Assembly: GCF_006345805.1 (NCBI RefSeq) | Contig: NC_042998.1 | Location: 132,618,001 to 132,682,000 of the forward strand | Direction of reading: 5' to 3' | Origin: Octopus sinensis | Lineage: Eukaryota | Length of the DNA stretch: 64,000 bases | In this document: positions 1-13,565 of the stretch, in pieces | How positions within the stretch are numbered: position 1 is the stretch's first letter | Layout of the letters: every line of letters starts with the position of its first letter | The notes under the pieces: generated by a model | Databases searched by the model: none | Seen by the model: the letters and a program-made list of their open reading frames with translations, nothing else | Told to the model about the DNA's origin: nothing | Position numbers and translations under genes: made by a program

Positions 1-258
1 GCCACTCCTGCGCCTATGTGGAAAAAAAAAACACTCTAAATTTGTAGATATAGCAAAATTTACTGAATGATCACTGCTAGAACACCTTTGATTACTGAGT
101 CCTCTCGATCAGGATTGACCATAGCAAACAGCTACACGAACTCTCTGAGATCAGAACTCGCAAAACTATTGAACAGTCTAAATTCCACATTGTAGCTTAT
201 TTGCCGGGTTGTTTGACTGTGACCAGTAACTGAATAGGATCTGCTTAATTCTTTCTAC

Positions 259-462
259 CTGCAGAAGTTTCTTTCCACCCTAAATCCTTAGAGAACAAAA
301 GAATAACAGAAAAACAAAATAAAGTTAAATAAATACAAAAAGGGTGTGAGTAGGCACGTACCGAAAAATAGGCTCGAGTGAGGGTCGATGTAATGAAAGA
401 GTTGGTCCAGTTCTTCTGACCAACTCCTTTTTTTTGTTAAAGTCAAAATGTACCCATTTCAT
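259..462 (-). CDS. Possible coding exons of an unidentified - strand gene (exon 501-362 with ATG at 462-460; 21-nt microexon 279-259)
   Basis: On the - strand: acceptor TTTTTCTCACAG at 502, donor TCG|GTACGT at 362/361, an 82-nt T-rich intron ending TTTAG, then 21 nt and CAG|GTAG. Spliced frame is open: MKWVHFDFNKKKELVRRTGPTLSLHRPSLEPIFRVERNFC. No homology recognised. Confidence 0.3.
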
Positions 463-738
463 TGTCTAAGTGACCTTCTTTTGTTGATGTATTGTGATGT
501 ACTGTGAGAAAAATTTGGTCATTATTTCTTGCAGATACTTAGAGGTTTTTTGTTTAGTTCGAAGTGTAAGAAGTTGTGGTTGTTTCACTCCAGGTCGTCT
601 CTGACCATGCAAGGACTATGATCCTGTCTTTCACTCCTTGCCAATATATCCTGCATTACATTGTAATTGTGAGGTTAATGAGGATTTTAATCAGCGAGAA
701 TTTGAGACCGCTTTTAGGGAAACCGAAGCACGTTTTTA

Positions 739-769
<31 letters not shown>

Positions 770-894
770 GGGGTTGAAGTTTTCTAATCAAGGAGAATTT
801 GTGAACTGTAGTAGGGGAACCGACACCTTTTTATTTATTTATTTATTTTCTTTTGTGGATGTGCACTAGTGATAAGAATATTGTAAGCAAATTG

Positions 895-1049
895 AATACC
901 TATTTCTTTATTACCCATAAGGGGCTAAACACAGAGAGGACAAAGAAGGACAGACATAGGTATTAAGTCGATTACATCGACCCCAGTGCGTAACTGGTAC
1001 TTAATTTATCGACCCCGAAAGGATGAAAGGCAAAGTCGACCTCGGCTTT
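895..1049 (-). mobile_element. SINE family A, alternative-tail variant, 5'-truncated
   Basis: Core gtcgactttgcctttcatcctttcggggtcgataaattaagtaccag on the - strand. Tail tttagccccttatgggtaataaagaaatagg recurs at ~54950 and ~62668. Flanked by a 14-bp near-identical direct repeat. Confidence 0.8.
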
Positions 1050-1496
1050 GCAAATTGGATACCGCCTAAGCAATCAGTGGAACGTGGTTGAAGAGGTGCA
1101 ACTGAGAAAGCATCTTCCAAGCACTCATTCTCACGCATCTTACTGCTGTCACGCGCGGCAGTGTGTCCGGCACCCGGTTCACTACTTCAGAAATTCTTCA
1201 GAAAAGATTACCACCCACTAAAGGGGTTAGTGTCGAAAAACATGTCTGATTCAAATCTAAGGTCGATTTTCATAGGCTAAGATTAAGTACCTGTCATATA
1301 ATGGGGTTAATAGTATCGATCTAATTGCCTCCCTTCAGAATTGCTGGCCTTGTGCCCAAAGCAGAAACAATTATCATGACCTGTTCCCCCACCATATTTT
1401 CCGCCCCGCCAAATCAGTTGTAATGTCATTCTCAACTGATGTCCCTGTAACAAATAAAGGCAAATGTTGTTGCTATTTATTATTATTATTATTATT

Positions 1497-2185
1497 AAGG
1501 CGGCGAGCTGGCAGAATCGTTAGCACGCTGGATGAAATGCTTAGCGGTATTTCGTCTGTCGCTATGTGTTTTGAGTTCAAATTTCGCCGAGGTCGACTTT
1601 GCCTTTCATCCTTTCGAAGTTGATAAATTAAGTACCAGCAAAATATTGGGGTCAATGTAATCGACTAGTCCCTTCCTCCACAATTTCAGACCTTGTGTCT
1701 ATAGTAGAAAGGATTATTATTATTATTATTATTTAAATTTGAGATTAGACAGAATCGCGAGCTCGTCTGACTAAATGCCGGTTAGGTACTTCGTTATCCT
1801 TCACGTTCTGAGTTCAAATGTCACTGAGGTCGACTTTACTTTTCATTCTTCCGGGTTCGATAAAATAAATATCATTTGAGCACTGGGGTCGATGTAATCG
1901 ACTAGCCCACCACCGTTCACCTTAATTTCTGGCTTTGTGCCTATATAAAAAAAATTATTATTATTATTATTATTATTATTAAGGCGGTGAACTAGCAGAA
2001 TCATTAGCACACTGGACTAAATGTTTAGCGGTATTTCGTTCTGAGTTTAAATTCCGCCGAGGTCGACTTTGTCATCCTTTCGGAGTCGATAAATTAAGTA
2101 CCAGTGGAACACTGGGGTCGATGTAATCGACTAGTCCTCTACCCCCAAATTCCAGGCTTTGTGCCATCTGTAGAAAGGTTTATTA
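1497..2185 (+). mobile_element. Three head-to-tail SINE family A copies (starts ~1497, ~1740, ~1981)
   Basis: tRNA-like head (A-box-like TGGCAGAATCG, B-box-like GAGTTCAAATT), shared core gtcgactttgcctttcatcc...gtcgataaa, and (TTA)n tails between copies. Confidence 0.9.
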
Positions 2186-2810
2186 TTGTTGTTGTAACTG
2201 TGTTTTGTTGACAGTGGAAACCGAGTATTTCAACCCTTTGTCTATGCTTAAAGCATTTTCATAAGTTCGTCCTAAACCGTCCATGGTTGTTTTCAGACTT
2301 TTATTTAGTTAGTCCGTGTTTCATACGTTCTGAGTAATATAAAGCTTTTCTTTCATAGGCCCCAAATCACCCTAGGTTGAAAACAAAAATACATGCATGA
2401 CAGGCAAAAGGTTAAGGGTTATTCTGGACATTCTGTGCTCTGACATCTCTTATATTAAGGGCCACTCGCAAATTTAAAATGGAATTAAATGAAGATTTAT
2501 TGCTGTCGGACTCGGCCGTGATCGAGCAAACCCGATGTCTTCCGACCGTCACTGATACATATTTATGCATTAGTCATCGTGTACCCTGGACTACATTATT
2601 TAAAGTATATTTTCTTTACCTCATGACACTGTAGGGTGTGGTTTGAAGTGGGTTTAGCAACTACTTCTGATTGAAAACGACAGCATTCAGTGATTAATTC
2701 GCCACACACAATGTATTTTTTTTGCATGCTAGCGACAATAAACTAAACACAGCAGAGGTGTCGTCTTGCAACACCTCCACGAAACATACATATTGTATGG
2801 GTATATGTAT

Positions 2811-2848
<38 letters not shown>

Positions 2849-2857
2849 CGGGTACAC

Positions 2858-2892
<35 letters not shown>

Positions 2893-2977
2893 TATTTGAA
2901 TACACACGTGTGTGTATGTATGTGTATATAAGTGTATAAGATAGATATAGATAGATACATGTGTATATTATATGTAT

Positions 2978-3320
2978 GGGTGCAGGTGTCTCTACGTGGT
3001 AAGAAGCTTGCTTCCCAACCAATTTCCGGGTTCAGTCCACTACGTGGCACCTTGGGCAAGTGTCTTCTATTATAGCATTGGGCCGACCAAAGACTTGTGA
3101 GTAGATTTGGTACAGGGAAACTGAAAGAAGCCTGTCGTGTATATATATGTGTGTGTGTCTCTCTCTCTCTTTGTATCTGTCTGTCCTCCCCACACCATCG
3201 GTTGACAGCCGATCTAATAAGTACTAGGCTTACAAAGAATAAGTCCTAGGGGGTTTGAATTCTTCGACTAAAGGCGGTGCTTCAGCATGGCCGCAGTCAA
3301 ATGACTAAAACATGTAAAAA
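2978..3320 (+). mobile_element. SINE family B (tRNA head, CORE-like central segment)
   Basis: Head gtggtaagaagcttgcttcccaacc...gggttcagtcccac, central ccttgggcaagtgtcttct (resembles the CORE-SINE motif), internal microsatellite, tail aaggcggtgct-cagcatggccgcagtcaaatgact. Repeated many times in the window. Confidence 0.9.
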
Positions 3321-3344
3321 TATGTGAAACAGCATTTATTATAT

Positions 3345-4340
<996 letters not shown>

Positions 4341-5717
4341 GGAATGTGATCAACAGGTTACGAAGAGTTCGTGTGTATGAGGCGGGGGAGGGGGGTTATT
4401 TCAAATTATTGTCTTTACAATGAACTGAAGAAGAGACAGGTTGTAGTTTTAAAATCTGTGTGTGTGTGTGTACAATGGAGAAAAGGAACGCACAGCTGTT
4501 TTGTGTGTGATGTGCAATTTTGTGAGAGAGTATGGATGCGTGCAGGATGAAACGTGTGTATATATATATGGAGGTTATTCAGTGTGCTTGAATTGTACTG
4601 TGGTGTGTGTATGTAGTGTTAAGTATATTTGTGTGTAGTAGTGTGTGAGAGAATGCTGGATAGCGCGAGATGTGTGTGTGTGATAATGAAATGCATATAC
4701 TTAGTGTGAGTGCGCGTGTGTGAACGGATCGATATAAATTAGCTGTTTCATCGATCAGATTGTGTGATGGATTACACCTTCCCGTTATTTCATTGATCCA
4801 AATCTGTGTATCTGTGTGTGGTTATACATGTATGGGCGCAGACATGGCCCAGTGCGGTTAGAATTTCACTTCGAAATCGCGAGGTCTTTTACTCGATCTC
4901 GCTGCTGCGTGTTACTTTGAAAGGAAAGTTTGTGAAAAGCCCATCGGATCGAAATTGAATTTGTAATTCAATTAGACCGCTTTATCTCTCTCTCACACAC
5001 ACACGCAATGTGTAACACTTGCTGTACCCAGCAATTATGTCAAAGGTACCCTTATCAGTGGATTACCCAGTTCAAAGGGTAACCAGTTCAGTGAGTCGAA
5101 CAACTGCAATATAATACAACATCGAAACTGACGGAGATCCAGTTCATGCGTGCTCTTGTGTGTGTGTAATTGTGCGTTTGTGCAGTATTCAGATGTGTAT
5201 GTGTGTGTCTGTGTCTGTTTATACTTATTTGTTCCAGAAAAGAGCATGTAATCGTGTGTGTGTGTGTATGTGTGTGAATCAGATGTAGTATGCTTATGTA
5301 CAAATCTGTTTTTGTATATTATGCACTAACAAAAATATCTGTGCAAAAATAAATAAATATTCTTACCGGATATATACTTCTTTTATATCCTCACTGCACA
5401 CACACACACAACACACACTCACTCACACACGCTTATTTTCTTTCTCTCCCTCTCATTCACTATCTCGCTCTCTCACACCATGTAAAGTGTGTGTGTGTGT
5501 GTGTGTACGTCGAGTTCATACGTCGGATCTTAGCTGGGTGCTGTGCGTGCGTGTGTGTGTGTGTGTGTTTGATATACTTTCTGCTGTGTTCGTCTCGTCA
5601 CCACTGCTTATCTTCTGTTTGCCTTCTTGTCTATCTATCTATCTATCTATCTGTCTGTTTGTTTGTCTACTTTACTCTAACCCCCCCCCCATTTTACCAC
5701 TCGTGTCTCTCACTCAC

Positions 5718-5995
5718 CTTCTCTCTTTCTGTATGCTTGATCCCCGAGAGGTGTGGTTTAAGTAAAGGTAGAAGATATGACGACGACGATGATGATGATA
5801 CTAATAATATTAAAGTGACCAGTTAGCTGAGCTAAGCAAGGTTAGCCGGGTAGTTGGGGTGGTTTCGTTGGATGGGTAGCTGGCTGTGGGTTTTTCTGTG
5901 CATTAAGCTAACTTCAGCTAAGCCGGTTGGCTGGTCGATTGGGCCGGCAAAATGTCTGGACCGAAAGGTGCGTTGTAAGCGAAGCGTTGATTGGC
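5718..5995 (-). promoter_or_regulatory. Candidate promoter and non-coding first exon of a - strand gene
   Basis: Two CCAAT boxes on the - strand (~5937-5942 and ~5989-5994, the latter in context GCAGCCAATCAA), CpG-rich context, and a consensus donor AAG|GTGAGT at 5718/5717. Confidence 0.4.
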
Positions 5996-7688
5996 TGCCG
6001 AGGCAAAGCGGTTGCACTCAATAACCCCAGTGACACAGTTTGTTACAAAGGAAAGAAAAAAGAAAGAACGAAAGGAGAGATGAGGTGAAGGGGGGAAAAG
6101 AAAGAAAGAAAGAACGAAAGCAAAGCATTTTGACTACCGCCTCCTCCCATCCTTTTCTATCTTTTCTTTTTTTTCTCTCCCTCTCTTTTCCTTTTTCCGT
6201 ACTTCCCCTCCTCCTCCACCTCGCACGTCGACGATGATAATAATGATAATAATAATGACAACGTCGGTGCTGCTGATGATGATTGTGGTGGCGGTGGCGA
6301 GGACGGCAACTCCGATCGTGTTTCTTTCCTCTATCACAGCTCCGCTATAGTTAAGAGGGCAGCTAGGAAAGGCAGAGCAGTCTCTGTCAATCGCTGGGGG
6401 CTGCCACTGATATATACGTATATATATATATATATCTATACATACACACGCACACACATATATATCTATGTTATGAATATGTACACTACATATTAAGCAC
6501 ACCACAACCTCTCTATCTATCTATCTCTCTCACTCTCAAAACGTTGGATTTATTTATATATATATATATACACATAGATATTTTCTTCGTGGGTTTTTTT
6601 TGTTATTTTTTTTGTTGGGCCTGACTGAAAAAAGTGTTCGTCTTGTTGCTACTGCTGCTGTTTTACAAACAACAAAATCTTGCTGGCTCTAGCTGCTCTG
6701 TCTCTCTCTTTAATTTCTGGGTGCCGTTGTTTACCAAACGAGAAGGAAGGAAGGAAACGTTAACATCAACCAGAAAGAAAAAAGAAATATACAAAAGCAA
6801 ATGACGGATATATTTATATACACATATTATTATTATATGTAATACACACACACGCACACACACACACACACACATATATATATGAGATATATTTTTTAAT
6901 ATCTATATATACCCATATATGTTGTGATCTATTTATATTTAAGGAAAGTTTTGTTTTGTTGTTGCAAAAAAAAAAAAAAAGGAGGAAAATTCTCTGTATT
7001 TTAATATATACATACATGAGTATATATATAACGTATTATGGCATATAGCGTGTAAACACATACGTGCGGAAACCCTTACGGAAAAAATATCTTGGTAACG
7101 CTATACGCACAAGCGCGCACACTCAAATACATACACGCACACACACACACACACAGTTACTATATTATATATATATATATATATACACACAAATTACATC
7201 CATCCATCCATACAAACACACGCACAACTGGTTCGTGTGTTTTCTCTTTCTCTATCACACACACACATATATATTTGTAATTTATTTTTATACCTGCACT
7301 TCACATTTTTCTCTTCTATCTCTATAACTTGTATATAAATTCATACACACACACACACACACACACATTTCGTGTTGTCAATCTGTCTATACATCTACCT
7401 CTTCTTACTTCTTGTCTCTCGCATCACAGTGTAAATAAATAAACACTTTAACAAACACACTCACACAGGACATCAACAGCCACCACCAATATATATAAAC
7501 AACAGTCACACACCACCTCACGCCAAAACCGCACAGCACCGCTCTAACACACTCCAACCACACCACCACCACCACACACCACCAACCACTACACTATATA
7601 CACCCTCCAACTCTATGCTGGTGTTACCACTCGACAGTCGGAGGTGTAGTAGCTGTGGTCGTAGTGGTAGTAGTGGCTGCGAAGCTAG

Positions 7689-7837
7689 ATGTTCTCGGAG
7701 TATGCTGGAACAGGGCCTCTCTCCGCCACCAACGGACCGGCTACTGCAGCCGCCGCCGGTGCCACCTATCCCCGGGGTAGAATGGATGCTACCAACGATG
7801 TTTTCGCCTGCCTTTTTGGAGATTTATTTGTTAAATG
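7689..7837 (+). CDS. Probable first coding exon of a large + strand gene, product unknown
   Basis: GC/CpG-rich island ending at a perfect donor AATG|GTAAGT (7837/7838). ATG 7689 (in-frame TAG just upstream) gives MFSEYAGTGPLSATNGPATAAAAGATYPRGRMDATNDVFACLFGDLFVK, phase 2. A second frame from ATG 7615/7702 is also open (...MFSPAFLEIYLLN, phase 1). Confidence 0.55.
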
Positions 7838-8938
7838 GTAAGTACCCGTAAATCCGTAATGACCATATCCCTCCCACTCCGCTCCGCTCCGCCCTGATCT
7901 CTGGCGACATTGCTCCAGTATTTCTACAGTCACAACCGTTCACGTTCCTCACTGTACCGATTCGCCCCTCGGCTCATTGCCGTTACTCCATGACCCAACG
8001 CTTCTAAAATTAAAACAATCAAATACCCCGCCATTTCGAACTAATCTTCACAAAAAAGAAAATGAAAAATATAAAATCATCCTTATGAATTTATAACGAA
8101 AAAAAAAACAAAAAAAACATGAAAATGAAAAACCGAAAACGGATATATCTAAGGTTTCAGATACGATCAGAACGTCATTAAAGAGCTTTTCCTATAATTA
8201 TATTTATGTCAACATGAGGTGTGCTTGTCTTGAATGTTAAGTCATATCAACAGAATGTTTTGCTAGTGCACACACTTTGAAAGATGCTTTGAGTGGAATA
8301 TTGTGTGTTTGTTTGTATGTATGTATGTGTGTGTGTGTGTGTGTGTTCAAAGTGAGCGAGTCGTTTCTGATGTCCACTCCCTTTAAAGAGAAACTTAGTA
8401 ATATAAAGTGTGAAATTTCCGGTTTTGAAACTACGTGAATCAAGTACACCTACTAGGAAATTCTATACCCTTTATACATTTATACATACATTAGGATGTG
8501 TGTAAAGACATTTAAAAAAAAAAAAAAGAAACTAGATTAGTTTAAATAATAAAAAAAAAAAGTACAGTCAAGAAGTGCTGAGGTAGAGAAGACATACATA
8601 GAAGTGCGAGCGTGTGTGTGTATATAAATATGCAGAATGATTTATAGATAGCCATAAATACATACATACATAGATCAGCACTTATATGCTTACGGTCTTT
8701 TGTGAGTGATGAGTGAATGAATGAATATGTATGGGTGTGTTTTTCGGATGTAGGTGCGTCGGTTTATCTTCACTTGTGTTTATGACCTCTGTTAATCAGG
8801 CTAGATATATTTTCGTTCTATCTCTTACGTATGTCTACATCACTTTTGCTGGAGTGTTGTGACTTCTAATATATTCGATGATTAAGTGCAAAAACGTTAT
8901 AGTATGTGTATATTTGCGTGATGTGTGTGTATGTCTAT

Positions 8939-8976
<38 letters not shown>

Positions 8977-9544
8977 TATCACTTGTGTTTGTGTGTATTT
9001 AACTCTTTGTATCTGAAATGTTCATGATGATAGTCTATATGTCTTCTGTTGTTTACCACTTCATGTTTCCTGCTGCCGATCGATCGGTCTTCGTTCACAT
9101 TTCAGATTTTGTATTTACCTTCTGTAAATACATCATGGTGGATAGAAGTCACATTGTCTTTCCTTCCTGTTTTCGTCTTTCATCCTTTGCCATATGGATG
9201 GCAACTCAGTGTTCACTTCAAACACCTTTACCGCATAACAGTTACCTGTATTCATAACTATTTGATAGTAAAATAATGTTTAGTGTCTTCAAAACCACAT
9301 ACACACACATTCGCACTCACCCACATTGAGTATTTTTACTACCTTGGACATAGTAACTTAATTGCAATAAAGTCTTCTCCGATAATCCATTGTGGTTAAC
9401 CATCCAAATGCACTTGAAATACCTATTGCAGGGGTGAAACGCGCATATGAATCATGATATAAACTTATGTTTATCCAAATTTCCCATATATAATGTGTGT
9501 ATATATATATACTCGCGCGCGCACTGTGCACCCGATAAGTACAC

Positions 9545-9715
9545 GACCGGTGAGAAAACCTCTGCCAAGTCATTCGGCCTGCTTGAAAGAGCAGCTAAAT
9601 TCTACTTGCTCTAACTGTTTCTAAAATTAAGAAAGAATAAATTGGATAAATATAATCCTAGATACACCGTCTCATCAAAAGTCAAGTTGGTCATAGCTGG
9701 ATTGCCTTTGATAGT
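9545..9715 (+). mobile_element. Degenerate interspersed repeat remnant (family D)
   Basis: Shares short motifs such as ggataa...atcctaga with ~59285-59455; related ctcaaatc-containing pieces at ~30150 and ~39845. Confidence 0.35.
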
Positions 9716-11967
9716 ATGTGTGTCCGATCATATCTGATCTGGAGTCTAAGCGACAACAGTTGCTGAATAGCGTGGCCATGGATACCTACTTTACACAGTT
9801 TCAATATACCATGCTGTCTTACACACACACACACACACACTCCTCTTTAAATCGTATATCCATGGCTACACACCACGTGGACCTTATAACTAATACACAG
9901 CTATGCTACACATCAATATCGACAAACCTTACTCTGCACAAATCTTCTACCTCTTTTCTCCTATATACTATTCAACACATGTCTGCGTGTCTGGCTCCAC
10001 TCCACCAAGATGCGTAACATTACTACCGACAGACACATCCCAACATAGGTGATATCCTCCCCTGATTAAGTTCTGTGCCTTTGACAGTGTACCTACAGTT
10101 TCCTCTACACACCACGTGGATGTTTGTGTCTTGGTTACACACCACGCTCAACACACACACCACTCAGCAGGTGGTATCCATAGCTACACTCAAATGGTGC
10201 CAGTCTCTCGCTAACTAACCACACTCTTTTTACACAGCACCCGCCCATCTTATTACGCACTCTTTTCAACCCTATATGTTACATTTAGACAGTGTGTGTG
10301 TGTGTTGTTTATGAGTTTTTGTCTAGAAACTATATATGTATATATATATTTAATAACAAAGGGTAAAATTAATTAATTAAGAAGTAATCAATAATTTCAC
10401 CAAATATCGATATTATAGGAATACGTGCTCCAGCATAGCCGGAGCAATTGGTTGAAGTTAAGGTATATACGGAACATAGTTTGTAAACGGTATGGAGGGA
10501 GTAGTTCCGATGTTGTGTGCGTGTGTGTGTGTGTATATATACACTCACACATGGCTATTATAAATAATATATATTATCTTCCTAAATTCCCACATAAACT
10601 ATTGTCGCGTGTTTAGCACGTCGATTCTCTCTCATACAAAACATACGGGCATGTTTGTGTGTGTGGTGGAGTAAGAAATTTAAGAGACTGGTACACACAC
10701 ACTCACACGCATGTACTTTCGTATATAGAATCCCACACGTATTTACAAATAGAAATGGGTGCGTTCGTTGCTTGATAATTAATTTATAAGGGTGTGCTGT
10801 TTTCTTGTTTGAAAACTGCTGCTGTTGTGGTTGCCGTTTAACCCTAGGTTCACTCAAATCAACCGACATTCTAACCATGACTAACACGGCTCTTTATTTA
10901 TTTTTCGAGTATAGTCCAGTAGTGTTCAGCAATTATGCTTTTTAAACATAAATTGGACTATATATATATCCAGTGTGTTTGTCCTCAATTCCTTATTAAG
11001 ATTGTAAGAAGAGATATAAGGGGGATTTGGCTACTATTTCTAACAAGTTGAGGAAACATAAAAACTCCAGTCTATGTGTATTATATGTTGGTGTAGGTGT
11101 GTGTGTCTATTTGTACATATGAATTATGGAACTGGATCTGTTTGCGTCAAATATTCCCCATTATCACCGTTTTCTGTGTCGCCAGCCATCACTCTCTTTC
11201 TCACACACTCCACCGTGTTGTGGCTATTATTATCTCCCTTCTATTATACATCTAGACTGTCACTCAACGCTTTGCCCTCACAGCCCGCTCACTCTGTTTC
11301 TCCCATCATATACCCGCTCTTCTGAACATCCACCCCGAACAATTCCCTGCTAACATTACTCTCTCTCCACCTCTCAGTCACACTGCTTTGAATAATACGG
11401 TGACACAGTATGCTATAAGAGGGGTCTTTAGTTCTGTTAGTGATGAGGATAGCAACCTCTCTAATGATGGCGCCATGATAAATGCACCGAGTACACTCTG
11501 GAGAGTTGTTAATGTTAGGCAGAGCATCCTACCATATAAACAATGCTGACATTGTAACATACAAGCATGATTTGGTTCTCTTACTTGTCTTGGAGGACAG
11601 AAACTCTAAATAAGAACTTTCTCCTACTCGTTTATGTCAGCATGGATAGTGGACTTATACAATGATGATATTTTTCTATATACTTACTTTTGTGTGTGTG
11701 TGTGTATGTCTTAACGTTTTCTTTTCCATACTTGCATAGGTTGGATGAAGTTTAGCGAAGCAGATTTTCTATGCCCTTCTTGTTGTCACTGTACCTTGCC
11801 TGTTTCCAAACAAGGCAATGTTTTCCCATGGCCAGACATGCTTTTACAGATCATTGGAAATGAATGACATTAATTTACAGCAATCATATGATATCAAGAT
11901 GAAACACAAACATGTACACATACACTATATATATATATCATCATCATTTAGCGTCCGTTATAATGTA

Positions 11968-12245
11968 ACAGGCTTCTTTCAGTTTCCGTTCACTAAATCT
12001 GGAGCAGAGTGGCAAGAAAATATTTGTGTACGATTCCACACAGTGAGATTGAACACAGAGCCATGTGCTTGGAAAGTGAACTTCGTAATTTTGCCATGAC
12101 TGTTTGTTTAAGAAGTTTGCTTCCCAACCATGTGCTTTTCGGTTCAGTCTCACTGCTTGACACTTTGAGCAAGTTTTTTTACTAATAGCCCCAGGCTAAC
12201 TAACAGAAACTGTTAGTCTGTTGACAGAAACTGAAAGAAGCCTGT
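11968..12245. mobile_element. Head-to-head pair of partial SINE-B copies
   Basis: - strand copy ~11968-12097 and + strand copy ~12093-12245. Outer ends are a perfect 19-bp inverted match (acaggcttctttcagtttc / gaaactgaaagaagcctgt). Confidence 0.75.
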
Positions 12246-12429
12246 CATATATAATATGTATGTATATGCCAGTGTGTTTGTGTTATCCTCATACACATGG
12301 CCTTCCTTGGAAATGAGTGGAGACTGGCCGTAGAACATTTGTCTCTCAGAATTCTGCCTGACCCATGCTTGTTTAGAAAAGTAAATGTTGGTAAAATATG
12401 TGTCATGTGTGGGTATATATATGTGTGTT

Positions 12430-12485
<56 letters not shown>

Positions 12486-13424
12486 TTCATACATATATTC
12501 TGCTACACAAAGTTTTGCCACTTGTTGCAAACTTTGTGATCTTTTTTGTGACACTCAGCCTCCTGGCCCTGAGAGATTCACATGTGATATTTATCACTTC
12601 TACTGGTTCCTTCCTCTTGGATCACCTGGCAATTATTTTATCCAGATAATGTACCTTTCATGTACATTATGTTTCTGTACAATATTAGTCATCTGTCTGA
12701 GTCACGTTACATCTAATTCCATTTATACTTAGTTTTTTTTAGGTTTTTGTTTTTTCTCCTCTGTCATTTGTACTAGTCTTTTATCCTTACTAACATTACA
12801 CATCTTAGCAGAGCATGTTCACTTCTTTTCTGTCCAACCTTCACACATCCTTTTCATGCAGTCCCCATGTTTTGCTTCTGTACAACATCACACTTGTTAC
12901 ACAACCATCATCCGATCCACTCCTCATGTGGAAAGAGAAGCCTTTCGTTGCTAGCAGAAGAAAGAAATCTGTGAACTTCCTCCACAATGTTTTCTATGCT
13001 AGCTGCCATGCTTTCAGAACCCCAGTTCCACTAATTAGGTTACTAAGATTACTTCTGATAAACCATCTTAGCCTTCAGAATAATTTATTCCTAAAGTGCT
13101 CAAAGGTACTGTCAGTTATTTCTGTGTATCTGCAACAAGTGAAATTTTCTTTCTGTATCATCGAACCTGTGATCACGTTTATACCCTATACACCTCTTGT
13201 GTGGCCATAATTTACTTTGGGTTTTCTCAAAAGAACAAAATAGCTGACCTAAGCATTTCCTGCTGTAATGGATTTCTTATTTTGCGCACATCTTCAAAGG
13301 TGCAAAGTCATTGGGCTATTTGTTGGCAAGGGAAATGACAACAATGTCACCGCTTGTAACTCAGCATTTTTTTTTTTTGTGCAAATGTAAACCTATGTGC
13401 ATGTACACACACACACATATGTAT

Positions 13425-13565
13425 ATGATGACCTTCCTCCAGTTTCCATCTAACAAAATCACTCACAAGGCTTTGGTTGGCTGGAACTATAACAGAAGAC
13501 ACTTGCCTAGAGTGCCACACAATGGAACTGAACCTGAGACCATATGGCTGGGAAGTGAACATATA
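13425..13565 (-). mobile_element. Partial SINE-B (head and core)
   Basis: Reverse complement of the SINE-B head/core (cactcacaaggctttgg...agaagacacttgcc...gaactgaacc). Confidence 0.75.

Noticed and set aside
1497-1600. tRNA genes suggested by A-box/B-box-like motifs
   Set aside because: They are SINE heads: no cloverleaf or terminator, and always followed by SINE core and tail.
7689-7837. Assigning a gene name to the first exon
   Set aside because: Neither frame matches a protein I recognise with confidence; a homology search is required.
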